This document shows, piece after piece, positions 10,652 through 19,581 of a stretch of 64,000 nt of DNA; position 1 is the stretch's first letter; every line of letters begins with the position of its first letter. The notes under the pieces were generated by a model that had not been told where the DNA came from, searched no databases, and was given only the letters and a program-made list of their open reading frames with translations. This stretch comes from a virus. Location of the stretch: positions 96,001 through 160,000 of the IMG/VR virus record IMGVR_UViG_3300033148_006102; one strand, written 5' to 3'. The position numbers were made by a program, and so were the translations under genes.

Positions 10652-11251
10652 ATGGGACTGCTATCGGTAAAAGCACGACCAGAATTAGCGCGTGAGCCTT
10701 TATGGGAATACACGCCGCGTACGTTGTGTATACCGATGGCGCGGACGCATCCTGAGTTTAATGAGCAGTTGACCGATAAGCATATGGCGATGCTGGAAGA
10801 GGTCATCGCTGATGTCTGTGAGTACTTATCTAGTCTCGGATGTTTGTTCTTTCGAGATCCGGAAGGCGTAGACTTGGAGATTCGTATTTACGCGCACTGG
10901 ATTGATCCGACGATCAATCATGGTGTGGCACGTACAAACACTGAACAGCGACTTGCAGAGATCGAACTTAATATCGGAAAAATTCAGTACGGGTTTTTGA
11001 CGAAGGGCTTCCTTCGCGGATTAGTACTGCATGAAATCGGCCATGCTTTGGGCTTGGTCGTAACACCATCGGAGAGTGCAGAGAAGGCCGGTTCGTCGGA
11101 TCGGTCATTAAATCACTGTAGACATCTTACCTGCGCCATGACGCACACTAGGTTGGCGGGATGGTTCAGGCTCTTCTTAGCGTGGTTAGTTAGTCGACAA
11201 CAAACCTTCTGTTCTTCGTGCAAGAACTTCCTCGTGAGACGGCTACCATAG
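10652..11251 (+). CDS. Zinc metalloprotease (HExxH), archaemetzincin-like
   Basis: VLHEIGHALGL...HCRHLTCAM...FCSSC. The likely start is ATG 10652, right after the upstream TAG, rather than the ORF-track start at 10586. Confidence 0.7.
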   Translation: MGLLSVKARPELAREPLWEYTPRTLCIPMARTHPEFNEQLTDKHMAMLEEVIADVCEYLSSLGCLFFRDPEGVDLEIRIYAHWIDPTINHGVARTNTEQRLAEIELNIGKIQYGFLTKGFLRGLVLHEIGHALGLVVTPSESAEKAGSSDRSLNHCRHLTCAMTHTRLAGWFRLFLAWLVSRQQTFCSSCKNFLVRRLP

Positions 11252-11263
11252 AAAAGGAACACG

Positions 11264-11824
11264 ATGGACGAGTCGACTGTTGCAATTGTTATGGCGGCTT
11301 TGGCGTGCGTAAGCGTACTGGCATATACGGTGCGCTATGCGGTGAAGGCCTTGATTAGCACCAAAAACGACAAGGAAAACAAGAGCACAAATACTGCGGC
11401 GGATGTACTTCCATCGCGGGCTACGATAAAGATTGCACCACTGGAGCGGCAGATTAACACAATGGCCGCACAGGTAAGCACCTTAGCGACACAAGTTCAG
11501 GCGTTAGTGGACCGCCCGAGCTTTTTGACAGAAGATCAACAGGATATTCTCCGCCAGTTGTACCGGATGCACGATCAACTGGATAATGACGGCACACCAA
11601 TGTGCTACACACCACGGTCTTGGCGAGAATTGTTGATTGAGATTGTGCAGAAGATGCGGGATCTCTCTGCGACAGATGACACGATGATGAAGCTTATTGA
11701 TACCATCAGTAAGCGGTTGGACGAGATCACGCGGCAGCAGAACGAGCATGATAAAGCCATGCAGCAGTCGTACAATGAACTCGTGTCACGTTTAGAACGG
11801 GCAATAAGAGACTCACGGGGATAA
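11264..11824 (+). CDS. Single-TM membrane protein with coiled coil (holin/antiholin-like)
   Basis: N-terminal hydrophobic helix VAIVMAALACVSVLAYTVRYAV, then heptad-rich soluble region; good SD (AAGGA). Confidence 0.5.
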   Translation: MDESTVAIVMAALACVSVLAYTVRYAVKALISTKNDKENKSTNTAADVLPSRATIKIAPLERQINTMAAQVSTLATQVQALVDRPSFLTEDQQDILRQLYRMHDQLDNDGTPMCYTPRSWRELLIEIVQKMRDLSATDDTMMKLIDTISKRLDEITRQQNEHDKAMQQSYNELVSRLERAIRDSRG

Positions 11825-11827
11825 CCC

Positions 11828-12019
11828 ATGCCTAACACAGAAACTCTTTTTCCCGAAGCGCCGCCGGAGACTGAGCTTTTGGAAGAGCTCGACAAGATCG
11901 GTAAGGCTGCCAAGCGCCATCAGGCGACTGGTAAAAAGCTGCTAGAGCGCATTGCAAACGGCAATGGTCATAGTGAAGCAGCCGAAGAGGAAGTCGAGGA
12001 AGAGGACGAGGAAACATAG
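11828..12019 (+). CDS. Small acidic hypothetical protein
   Basis: 63 aa ORF that exactly fills the gap between its neighbours; Glu-rich tail. Confidence 0.55.
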   Translation: MPNTETLFPEAPPETELLEELDKIGKAAKRHQATGKKLLERIANGNGHSEAAEEEVEEEDEET

Positions 12020-12868
12020 ATGGCGACTATAGTCACTGTGACGGACATCTCAGGTGGAGATGTCGTGTTCGATCTCGTCTCCAGCGCAACGTACGATAAC
12101 GTGCGCGTGGAGTTTGTGCGCTTGAGTGATGGTACCCAGTTACAGGCTACCAACGAGTCACCGGCCGCAGCTATTACGGTGACCTTCACATCAACTGTCG
12201 GTGTGGCAATGATTGTGACGTTGACGCAGGCGGGCGCATTCGTGGAGTCTGCGCCACCGGTACTACTCGAAGGATCTGATTTCGGTGAGCTGGCGACATA
12301 TATTTGTTTCGAGCAGTCATCGTACGCACAGTATTACAACGTTTATCGTACGACGGTTTCGGTGGGTGTGTCTTCGAAGACTCTGTTAGGAACAACAGAA
12401 GTACCGTTCTTCAAAGACACAACAGCATACGCCGATGACGCTGCAGCTGCAGATACCCAGTATGATCCAACACCTGTAGTAGATGGCGAAGAACAAGGAC
12501 CAACCGCGTTAACGGAGCAAACGCGCCATGCGATGCCGACCTGTTTGGTGTATGGCGATGTAACCGATCTTTTTGGCCAAGCGTTGTATGGCCAAGAAGT
12601 ATCATTCCGGCCGCAGGATCAATTACGCGGTCAGATCCGTGGCCAGCGGCGCCAGTCTGTACATAACCGACAGATGACGTTCCGCCAGATAATTATGTCA
12701 CCGAGCCGTAAAGGACGATTCGGTGCGTATCTTCTGCAGGATGCGCGGGTAACGCTAGAAATAGGTGGAGGACCGCATTTCACGGACTTTGTGGTACCGC
12801 GACAGGCGAGCGCCAATCTTGCAGACCTTACACTGGTACCGAGGTTCAAGAGCGATACCCACGGTTAA
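12020..12868 (+). CDS. Virion structural protein, beta-sandwich domains
   Basis: Beta-rich; C-terminal domain (CLVYGDVTDLFGQAL...GRFGAYL) is paralogous to that of 12894..14219. Confidence 0.55.
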   Translation: MATIVTVTDISGGDVVFDLVSSATYDNVRVEFVRLSDGTQLQATNESPAAAITVTFTSTVGVAMIVTLTQAGAFVESAPPVLLEGSDFGELATYICFEQSSYAQYYNVYRTTVSVGVSSKTLLGTTEVPFFKDTTAYADDAAAADTQYDPTPVVDGEEQGPTALTEQTRHAMPTCLVYGDVTDLFGQALYGQEVSFRPQDQLRGQIRGQRRQSVHNRQMTFRQIIMSPSRKGRFGAYLLQDARVTLEIGGGPHFTDFVVPRQASANLADLTLVPRFKSDTHG

Positions 12869-12871
12869 CCT

Positions 12872-12890
12872 GGGACTATAGGATAATCCC
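12872..12890. promoter_or_regulatory. Palindromic element copy 2 (GGGACTAT-AGG-ATAATCCC)
   Basis: Full consensus match; ends 3 nt before the ATG at 12894; no SD is present. Confidence 0.65.
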
Positions 12891-12893
12891 AAA

Positions 12894-14219
12894 ATGGCAG
12901 TACCCGAATCCACAATGACGTTGGTGACGAAGACGTACAATTCGATTGCGGTCGATATTACGCCTCCACCATCGTATCCCGCGTACGCATATACCCGAGT
13001 TACTTGGGTTGATGTAGCAACTGGTACGACGGGTTATCAAGACATCATAGGTACCGGGACTGTCACGTTGACAGGCCTGCGATCACGTGCGTATCACATG
13101 GTCATGGCGCAGACTGTCAATACGTCAGGTGATGCGTCGATCATAACGAATAACAGCGCGTTGTTGACCATTACGCAGTTTGAGAGTGATACGATCCTTC
13201 AATCAAGTGTTGAGATCGACACGGTCAGCGTACAGCCGAACGGCTTAGTAAAAATCGAATACCGCTGTATTGCCATTGATAACGCATCCGGTGACCTTGT
13301 CGGCGCACGCTATGATCCAAGTGGCGGTGGTTTTTTGCGGATGACGCCGGCTGAAACAGATCCAGCCCATAGTGGTATTGACGGCCTTGCCTTCAGCATT
13401 GCACCAGGCACATCGCATGTGTACATGTGGAATGCGCTTGCAGATCTGGGCGAGGATTTCTTTGGGACTGTGGATGTGTCTTTAGTCTTTTGGATCAATG
13501 GTATAGAGACCGCGCCAGCTTACTTCAACAGCCTCTCTGTGGATTTCCGGGAAGTAGAATATCCGCAGGCCTTCATTGCGCCAGGCGATACGTTGACGTT
13601 GACATTTACAGCGTTCCATAATGGTGTGCCAGCAGATTTCGATGTCGTTCAGGTAACTGAAGTACGTGACCCAACAGGCGCAGTTGTCGCTGGCGGACCA
13701 TATGCGGCAACGCCACAAACAGGAACTGGTAATTACTCGGTAGATATCCCGATCGCGGGTGGCGCCACGCTGGGACAGTACGTCGCGCAGATCGATACCA
13801 ATACACCGGCGGTCGCACCTTTCACTCAACAGGCCCAGCTGAACAAAGCATTCTTTGTTGTTGCGGCATCGACGTATGGTCAGATCTGTACGCGGGATGA
13901 CGATACCGTAATCTTGTACGGACAGGTGTATGGACTCGATAAACAGCCGTTGGCATCAAAGACCGTCGTTTTCGAATATGTTACGGACACTGAGCATCTA
14001 TCCCGCGTAGGTTCGGACAATGTTGTGATCGAGACAGACACATTAGGTCATTTCTGCGCGGCGCTGATGCGGAAGGCAACAATTCGTATGTCGATTCCGT
14101 GCTACGAAATCCATCGTCGTATCATTCTCCCAGATGCGCCATATGCCGACTTCATCGCTTACGGCGACACACAGCCATCCATAGTTGCGCGTGACGCGTT
14201 TGGTCATCCTATACCGTAG
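12894..14219 (+). CDS. Virion structural protein with FN3/Ig-like domains
   Basis: N-terminal TYNSIAVDITPP...VTLTGLRSRAYHMVMAQ is FN3-like; C-terminal VILYGQVYGLDKQPL...GHFCAAL domain. Confidence 0.6.
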   Translation: MAVPESTMTLVTKTYNSIAVDITPPPSYPAYAYTRVTWVDVATGTTGYQDIIGTGTVTLTGLRSRAYHMVMAQTVNTSGDASIITNNSALLTITQFESDTILQSSVEIDTVSVQPNGLVKIEYRCIAIDNASGDLVGARYDPSGGGFLRMTPAETDPAHSGIDGLAFSIAPGTSHVYMWNALADLGEDFFGTVDVSLVFWINGIETAPAYFNSLSVDFREVEYPQAFIAPGDTLTLTFTAFHNGVPADFDVVQVTEVRDPTGAVVAGGPYAATPQTGTGNYSVDIPIAGGATLGQYVAQIDTNTPAVAPFTQQAQLNKAFFVVAASTYGQICTRDDDTVILYGQVYGLDKQPLASKTVVFEYVTDTEHLSRVGSDNVVIETDTLGHFCAALMRKATIRMSIPCYEIHRRIILPDAPYADFIAYGDTQPSIVARDAFGHPIP

Positions 14220-14221
14220 GT

Positions 14222-14267
14222 AAAAAATTTAGGCAACGGAAGACCGACGCATACGCGCCGGCCTCCG
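14222..14267 (-). terminator. Terminator-like hairpin for the minus-strand ORF
   Basis: On the - strand: CGGAGGCCGGCGC-GTAT-GCGTCGGTCTTCCG (13 bp, one bulge, three G-U pairs that would be A-C mismatches on +), then TTTTTT 9 nt downstream. Confidence 0.45.
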
Positions 14268-14282
14268 CTACCGCAGAGGTTG

Positions 14283-14588
14283 CTAACCTCGTGGCCCGTC
14301 GAGTAGTTGATTCAACTTCACGACGGCGGCTTTGCCGACAACTTCGCCGATCAGTGATGTAACGGCTGGAATGACCATAGATACTTTTTGACGTAGTTCT
14401 GGATCTAGCCGCAGAGCCTCAAGCACTAGCTCCGGTGTTGCTTGAAATGCCTTCAAAAGAGCTACGGAATCTACACTGATTCCACCTACCGATGAAAGTG
14501 GTTGTTGAACGCGACGTGCTACGACGCCATTTGTCATATTTACACCTCGGCAGGGCTCGAATACGTATTCGCCAGGTTTGAAATACAT
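14283..14588 (-). CDS. Hypothetical protein (lone antisense gene in the structural block)
   Basis: 101 aa; SD-like GGGGA upstream; fills an otherwise empty gap; followed by a strand-specific hairpin. Confidence 0.6.
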   Translation of the reverse strand: MYFKPGEYVFEPCRGVNMTNGVVARRVQQPLSSVGGISVDSVALLKAFQATPELVLEALRLDPELRQKVSMVIPAVTSLIGEVVGKAAVVKLNQLLDGPRG

Positions 14589-14608
14589 CGTTATTTCCCC
14601 ATACTGAT

Positions 14609-14766
14609 ATTGTTGGCAGCATTACCAACAATGGAAGTGTCTGCTGATCTGTAACTCACCGCGGATAAAACACATCGGTGAGTGCAGCGTATCGGTCCTG
14701 CAAAGGGCTGAAGCACAAATGCAGGGTTGCCGATCGCAGAGCGTCTCATACAATGCGTATGAGCGC
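14609..14766 (+). other. Densely structured intergenic segment (four consecutive stem-loops)
   Basis: Stems at 14609-14632, 14649-14687, 14691-14734 and 14741-14766 seen directly; function unknown. Confidence 0.45.
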
Positions 14767-14779
14767 AGTAGGAGAGTCA

Positions 14780-15568
14780 ATGAGTATTCCTTCCGGTGGA
14801 CGTACATATGATCTCGCCCATCCTTCTGAGGGCGATATGACGCAAGGCGTCTCAAAAGGTGAACGAACTGGTCAACGCGGTGGTGACACTGGCGCTGACG
14901 GTTATACTGTTGGTGCAGAACCCCGTAAGATTATCCTCCGGGATGATGTCCAAGAGGGCTTCCACTATCCCGAACGTGGTCCTGCGTATAATGAAGCGCA
15001 AGGTGAACGTAAGGATTTGGGGTTGCTTCGAAAGATGTTAACAAAGAGAAGCGGAGATAGCGGCATGACCTGTCTAGAACGCGTAAAGCAAGCGATTGAT
15101 GCGATGGCACCAAAATCGGCCGTCGCCCGAGCTGTGCAAGGGACAGCTCTGACTGGTACTTCTGCCATTGGTCGTGTGAAGGCAGCTCTGGACTTAGGCC
15201 AGAATCCTGCTCTTCAAACTGCCGGGCAGTTATCAATGCAGCAGCCTTCGCCGGCGTTGCCACAGGTCAATGAGCTTATGACGCAACTTGCGATGAAGCA
15301 GTTGCAGGAAGAGCTCAACAAATCGACAGAGGTTAACGATCCTGTTGAGGCGGAAAACGAGAGTCTTCGCCGACAAGTTGAAAACCTTCGTCTGAAGAAG
15401 GAACTACTGGAAAAGCAGCAGGAAATGGGAGCTTTGGCGCCGCAACAGCAGGGTGCAGCACCGGCACCACCTCCTGCAGAGGGAGGAATGCCTCCAGACT
15501 CAGCAGAGGCACAGCAGGCACCTGCTCCGCCGTTTGAACAGGCGTTGAGTCCTGGCCAAACGATGTAA
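14780..15568 (+). CDS. Q/P-rich head-associated or scaffold-like protein
   Basis: Likely start ATG 14780 after SD AGGAG (the ORF track starts at 14678); coiled coil plus a disordered P/Q/A tail. Confidence 0.6.
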   Translation: MSIPSGGRTYDLAHPSEGDMTQGVSKGERTGQRGGDTGADGYTVGAEPRKIILRDDVQEGFHYPERGPAYNEAQGERKDLGLLRKMLTKRSGDSGMTCLERVKQAIDAMAPKSAVARAVQGTALTGTSAIGRVKAALDLGQNPALQTAGQLSMQQPSPALPQVNELMTQLAMKQLQEELNKSTEVNDPVEAENESLRRQVENLRLKKELLEKQQEMGALAPQQQGAAPAPPPAEGGMPPDSAEAQQAPAPPFEQALSPGQTM

Positions 15569-15627
15569 AACCTCGCTTCATAGTCTTATGCCATTGATTG
15601 GCTATTTCTTGGCAGGTAGGAAGATCC

Positions 15628-16701
15628 ATGTTCAAAGTCGCAGGAAAAGTCATCGACCAGTATGATGATCCCAAGTTCTTCGAAGATGAAGAGATGTTGA
15701 AAGTGGCAGCGCAGGCAGGTGTGTTGCCGGAAGAACTTGATAAACTGCCGGACAGCGACTTTGCGCTGAAGATCGCCGGCCGCACCAAACTTCATCGGTA
15801 TTACCCGATCCGAAACAAGATTGCCACCATGATTTCTTTATGGGGTTTCGAAAGAATATCCCCGAGCCTACCCGAGGATGTGGCCGTGAATGCTGCCACT
15901 CATCTAAAGGAGGCCTGCGAACGGTTCGACATCGATCACCCGATTCGTAAATTGGCGGCCGATTCTGTCGACCCAGTTCTCGACCACCGTCTCATCCGCA
16001 CAGATACCAAGCTTTCTCGGGAAGCGTTGGTTCTTGATCTGAATCATAAGGTTGCGGCATATCTTGAGGAATTCGATTCATACGAACCCAGGGATCGGGT
16101 CACTCTTGCCAGTGAGCTCAAACTACTTGCGGATACGCTTGGTGAGAAGCTCGCTGACGCACGTGTCTTGGATTACGTACCAACAGAGGGTGTTGGGCCG
16201 TTATTCCATTTGGCTGTTAACCAGCGCGAAACCAAATTGGCCGGCGATGGTAAAGCTGCGGAGATCACGGAACTACGTAATCTTTTCACTGAGGAAATGG
16301 ACCCACGCAGTTGTGCTGAAGCGCTAACTGCTTTTGATAAGACCGCAGGATTGAACACCGAGCGAGATCGGCTGATTGATCCGTTCAAGGCTGCTTTTGG
16401 TGGACAGGACAAGTACGCCTTGTGCAGCCCTTTTGCGACATATGATCCGTGGTACTACAAGTTGATGTCACTTGCTTATAATGTGGATCTTCTGCGGGAT
16501 CATTTCACGCAGGAGTTTATCGATCGTTTCCAACGTGCTCCCCAGCAAGAATATGAGCGCGCGGATTCGGCTATTCAAGCACGTATTCGAGATTTGGTAG
16601 ATCGAGTTGTGGAGGATCGAGTAGAAGGTCTGCGGCCAGGTAAGGAACATACTTTCGATAAGAAACGGTACGTAGACGTACCAAATCGAGCGGCTGAATA
16701 G
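15628..16701 (+). CDS. Head-associated protein rich in K-x-A motifs
   Basis: Likely start ATG 15628 (SD AGGA); about 12 K-x-A motifs (KVAG, KVAA, KIAG, KIAT, KLAA, KLAD, KLAG, KTAG...). Confidence 0.65.
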   Translation: MFKVAGKVIDQYDDPKFFEDEEMLKVAAQAGVLPEELDKLPDSDFALKIAGRTKLHRYYPIRNKIATMISLWGFERISPSLPEDVAVNAATHLKEACERFDIDHPIRKLAADSVDPVLDHRLIRTDTKLSREALVLDLNHKVAAYLEEFDSYEPRDRVTLASELKLLADTLGEKLADARVLDYVPTEGVGPLFHLAVNQRETKLAGDGKAAEITELRNLFTEEMDPRSCAEALTAFDKTAGLNTERDRLIDPFKAAFGGQDKYALCSPFATYDPWYYKLMSLAYNVDLLRDHFTQEFIDRFQRAPQQEYERADSAIQARIRDLVDRVVEDRVEGLRPGKEHTFDKKRYVDVPNRAAE

Positions 16702-16702
16702 T

Positions 16703-17299
16703 GTGCTGGACGTCAACGCGAGTGCTGTAAAGATCTACGAGGCGATCAAGGCAAAAGTCCCTGATTGGCCAGACCCGCATATACCAATCGAGATCATTCG
16801 GCATCATCTGTTTGGTGCCGACGAAGCTGATGACCGCTTGATCGCGAAAGTGCAGGCGGTCAACGCCATATGTGTGAATGATAACTGGGCATCAGATTGG
16901 TTGCCCTTTGTATCGGTTGTTCTGTCATTGAACGGCGTGGAAGTAGATCCGGAGATGCTCGAGCCTCCGCTCGTGGGGCATCTGGCGTGTGCATTTCACA
17001 TGCTGCGTGATCTGGCAAAACATCGCGGTATTACATTGCCGCGGTTAACGAACGATATAGGCAATGTGGTACGAGCAGCATGTCGTGCAGAAGGCCTACT
17101 GCGGTATCCCGAGTCATTACGAGAGTTCGAACCGGCGTACAGTGTTGAAGATCGGGCGAATATTGCTCTAATCGATAAGACGCTGGAGCTAGCAAAGTCT
17201 CGTGACGATATTGATTGGGACGTTTTTCCAGCAGATGTGGTCTCCTACAATGTTGCTAAGTTGATTGATATCGACGAGTACTGCGATTCTGGAAGGTAA
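16703..17299 (+). CDS. Hypothetical protein upstream of portal
   Basis: 198 aa, GTG start, tightly packed between its neighbours. Confidence 0.6.
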   Translation: MLDVNASAVKIYEAIKAKVPDWPDPHIPIEIIRHHLFGADEADDRLIAKVQAVNAICVNDNWASDWLPFVSVVLSLNGVEVDPEMLEPPLVGHLACAFHMLRDLAKHRGITLPRLTNDIGNVVRAACRAEGLLRYPESLREFEPAYSVEDRANIALIDKTLELAKSRDDIDWDVFPADVVSYNVAKLIDIDEYCDSGR

Positions 17300-17302
17300 A
17301 AC

Positions 17303-19222
17303 ATGGCAGGTGGTACTACATTAAGCTCGACACCCGCCGGCCGCTTTACTGCGGAACCATCAGGCTTAAATAGAAATCGATATCCGCACCAGTTCTTCTC
17401 GTTGTCGGATGGGTTTATTCCGTCGACGACGAAGGAAATGATGCGTTGGGCGCTGTATTTGTACAGCACCAACCCCATCATCAACCAGATCTTCCGGAAG
17501 ATTGCGGGGTTCATCACAACCAAGATCATGGTTAGTGGCGATGCGGACGAAGATAAGCAAGTAGTTGAAGAATTCATCCATGATACGCTCAAACTGCCGC
17601 GGCAAGAGCGGCGCATGATGATCGACTACTTGTTGTATGGCAATGCGTTTGCCAAGTTCATTCCGCCGGCCGACAAGTACATGGTCTGTGACAAGTGCAA
17701 GGCGAAAACGCGCTTGGACGAAGTTGATAAGTGGACGTTTAAGAACATGCGCTTCTCCGGCACTTGTCCGAAGTGCGGCGCAAAAGGTACCAAAGAGCTC
17801 GCTGAGGAACCGATCAAAAACCGGAAGCGGGCGCGTTTGGTGCGTATTAATCCGCGTTATATCGACATCCACTACAACCCGCTAACAGAACAACGGCTAT
17901 ACATTTTCAATGTGCCGGCTGCGATTGAGCAAAGTCTCAAGCAAAGCAAAGATTACGTCCAGCGATGGTTTGTTGAAACTACGCCGCTTGATGTGATCAT
18001 GGCGATCAAGAAAAAGAAGGTCATCAAGTGGAACGAGCAGGAAGTATTTCACTTCCTCTTTGATTCAGCCTCGCGTGATGACGATACGTTCGGCGAGATC
18101 CCGTTATTACCCGTCTTCAAGCAGACCTGGCTACTACATACGCATTGGCGCGCGCAGGAAGCAATCTCGATTGAGCATATCACACCGTGGTTGCTCGTTA
18201 GTCCGGCGTCCGGGGGATCATCAGATGTCATGCACAGTTATGACATGGGACGCTGGACGAATTTCATGCGTCAGGCGTTTCTCAACTGGCGACGGGATCC
18301 CAATTACATTGCGCTCAGTCCGTTCCCGGTTACACAGGTGCAACTCCGCGGTGATGCGAAGGCGTTGGATACCTTCAACCAGCAGGAATTTTTGGTCAAA
18401 ATCATATCCGGCGGCATGGGCGTGCCGGAAGGTTTCATCTTTGGTGGCATGACCTGGAGCAGCGCGAGCGTTGAACTGCGGGCGCTTGAAAATGAATGGA
18501 TCAACCTGACTGCCCGGTTGGAAGAGTTCATCAAATGGGTTAAAACCAAGGCTGAGGCCATGCTGGATCTTCCGAAGGTGGAGATCGAGCACCAAGAATT
18601 CAAGATGGCCGATGATGTGCAGCAACGGCAACAAAGCCTACAGTTAGCTGCGCAAGGCGTGATTTCTCAGCAGCAGCTATGTCGTGACCTGGGTTATGAT
18701 TATGACGAAATGCTGCGCGAGAAGAAGCGTGAGCACGAAACAGATCAGTCTGGTGTGGCCATGCAGCAGAAGCGTGAGGCACAGGCACAAGCTGAAGTTT
18801 TGAAGATTCAAGGGCGGGTCCAGCTCGAACTTGAATTACAGCGTTTGAAGGAAACGCATAAGTTGCAACAGCAATTGGAAGCTGGTACAGTACCGGATAC
18901 ACCAACGGACTTTGGGAATGCCGGCCAGTTATCAGCGGTGAATGCACCAGGTCGTACAGACACGGTTCAGATCGGGCCAATGACATATTCCGAGGAACTG
19001 CTGCGGAACATGGCATCAAACTTCATGCGCACACGGCCGACAAACGAAATGCGCGAACGTGAACTGCGTACTTTGGAACTCGGAGATCCCGGTGGACGCG
19101 TACTTGCGAGAACGATTCGTAGGTATATGAAAGAAATCGAGGCGGAGTCGCGGAAGGCGGTTATGAACCCGTTACCGCAACAGAAGCCTGGTAAACGTAG
19201 TCCTCAGAATATGGTGATCTGA
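17303..19222 (+). CDS. Portal protein (with Zn-ribbon insertion)
   Basis: Portal-like helical architecture (NPIINQIFRKIAGF..., DYLLYGNAF, ISGGMGVPEGFIFGG); CDKC...CPKC insertion; located in the head module. Confidence 0.75.
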   Translation: MAGGTTLSSTPAGRFTAEPSGLNRNRYPHQFFSLSDGFIPSTTKEMMRWALYLYSTNPIINQIFRKIAGFITTKIMVSGDADEDKQVVEEFIHDTLKLPRQERRMMIDYLLYGNAFAKFIPPADKYMVCDKCKAKTRLDEVDKWTFKNMRFSGTCPKCGAKGTKELAEEPIKNRKRARLVRINPRYIDIHYNPLTEQRLYIFNVPAAIEQSLKQSKDYVQRWFVETTPLDVIMAIKKKKVIKWNEQEVFHFLFDSASRDDDTFGEIPLLPVFKQTWLLHTHWRAQEAISIEHITPWLLVSPASGGSSDVMHSYDMGRWTNFMRQAFLNWRRDPNYIALSPFPVTQVQLRGDAKALDTFNQQEFLVKIISGGMGVPEGFIFGGMTWSSASVELRALENEWINLTARLEEFIKWVKTKAEAMLDLPKVEIEHQEFKMADDVQQRQQSLQLAAQGVISQQQLCRDLGYDYDEMLREKKREHETDQSGVAMQQKREAQAQAEVLKIQGRVQLELELQRLKETHKLQQQLEAGTVPDTPTDFGNAGQLSAVNAPGRTDTVQIGPMTYSEELLRNMASNFMRTRPTNEMRERELRTLELGDPGGRVLARTIRRYMKEIEAESRKAVMNPLPQQKPGKRSPQNMVI

Positions 19223-19557
19223 TGCTCCACAAAGGCGTGCCCCGTAACCTAACATCGATACAACATGATATTCAAGATCTCGACGGATGCGTCACCTTCG
19301 CTATCTTGGATATGATGATTATGTCAGAACGCTTGCGTTGCGAAGAAATCCTGAACAACACAACGTCGTTTCAAGTGCTGAATGCTGACGAGCTCAAGAA
19401 GCAGTCGTCGGAAGGCGAACTCCACTACCATGTCATTTTGACTTATGTCGATCGGACGATCACAGTGGACGAAAGCTATCTTGAGAATCTCCGAGCACGC
19501 CGCAAAGCATTCGAGCAAACTGAAGCGAGGTTGGCAGCAACCGTGGCAAGTCAATAA
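19222..19557 (+). CDS. Hypothetical protein between portal and RNAP
   Basis: 111 aa, coupled to the portal stop (TGATG). Confidence 0.55.
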   Translation: MLHKGVPRNLTSIQHDIQDLDGCVTFAILDMMIMSERLRCEEILNNTTSFQVLNADELKKQSSEGELHYHVILTYVDRTITVDESYLENLRARRKAFEQTEARLAATVASQ

Positions 19558-19581
19558 GACTAGAATGCTAGTGGATTGAGA

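Noticed and set aside
14691-14736. Resemblance of GGTCCTGCAAAGGGC...GCAGGGTTGCCGAT to the flanks of the c-di-GMP-I riboswitch
   Set aside because: The interior is far too short and lacks the GNRA-capped P2 and the tetraloop-receptor P3; treated as coincidence unless an Rfam search says otherwise.
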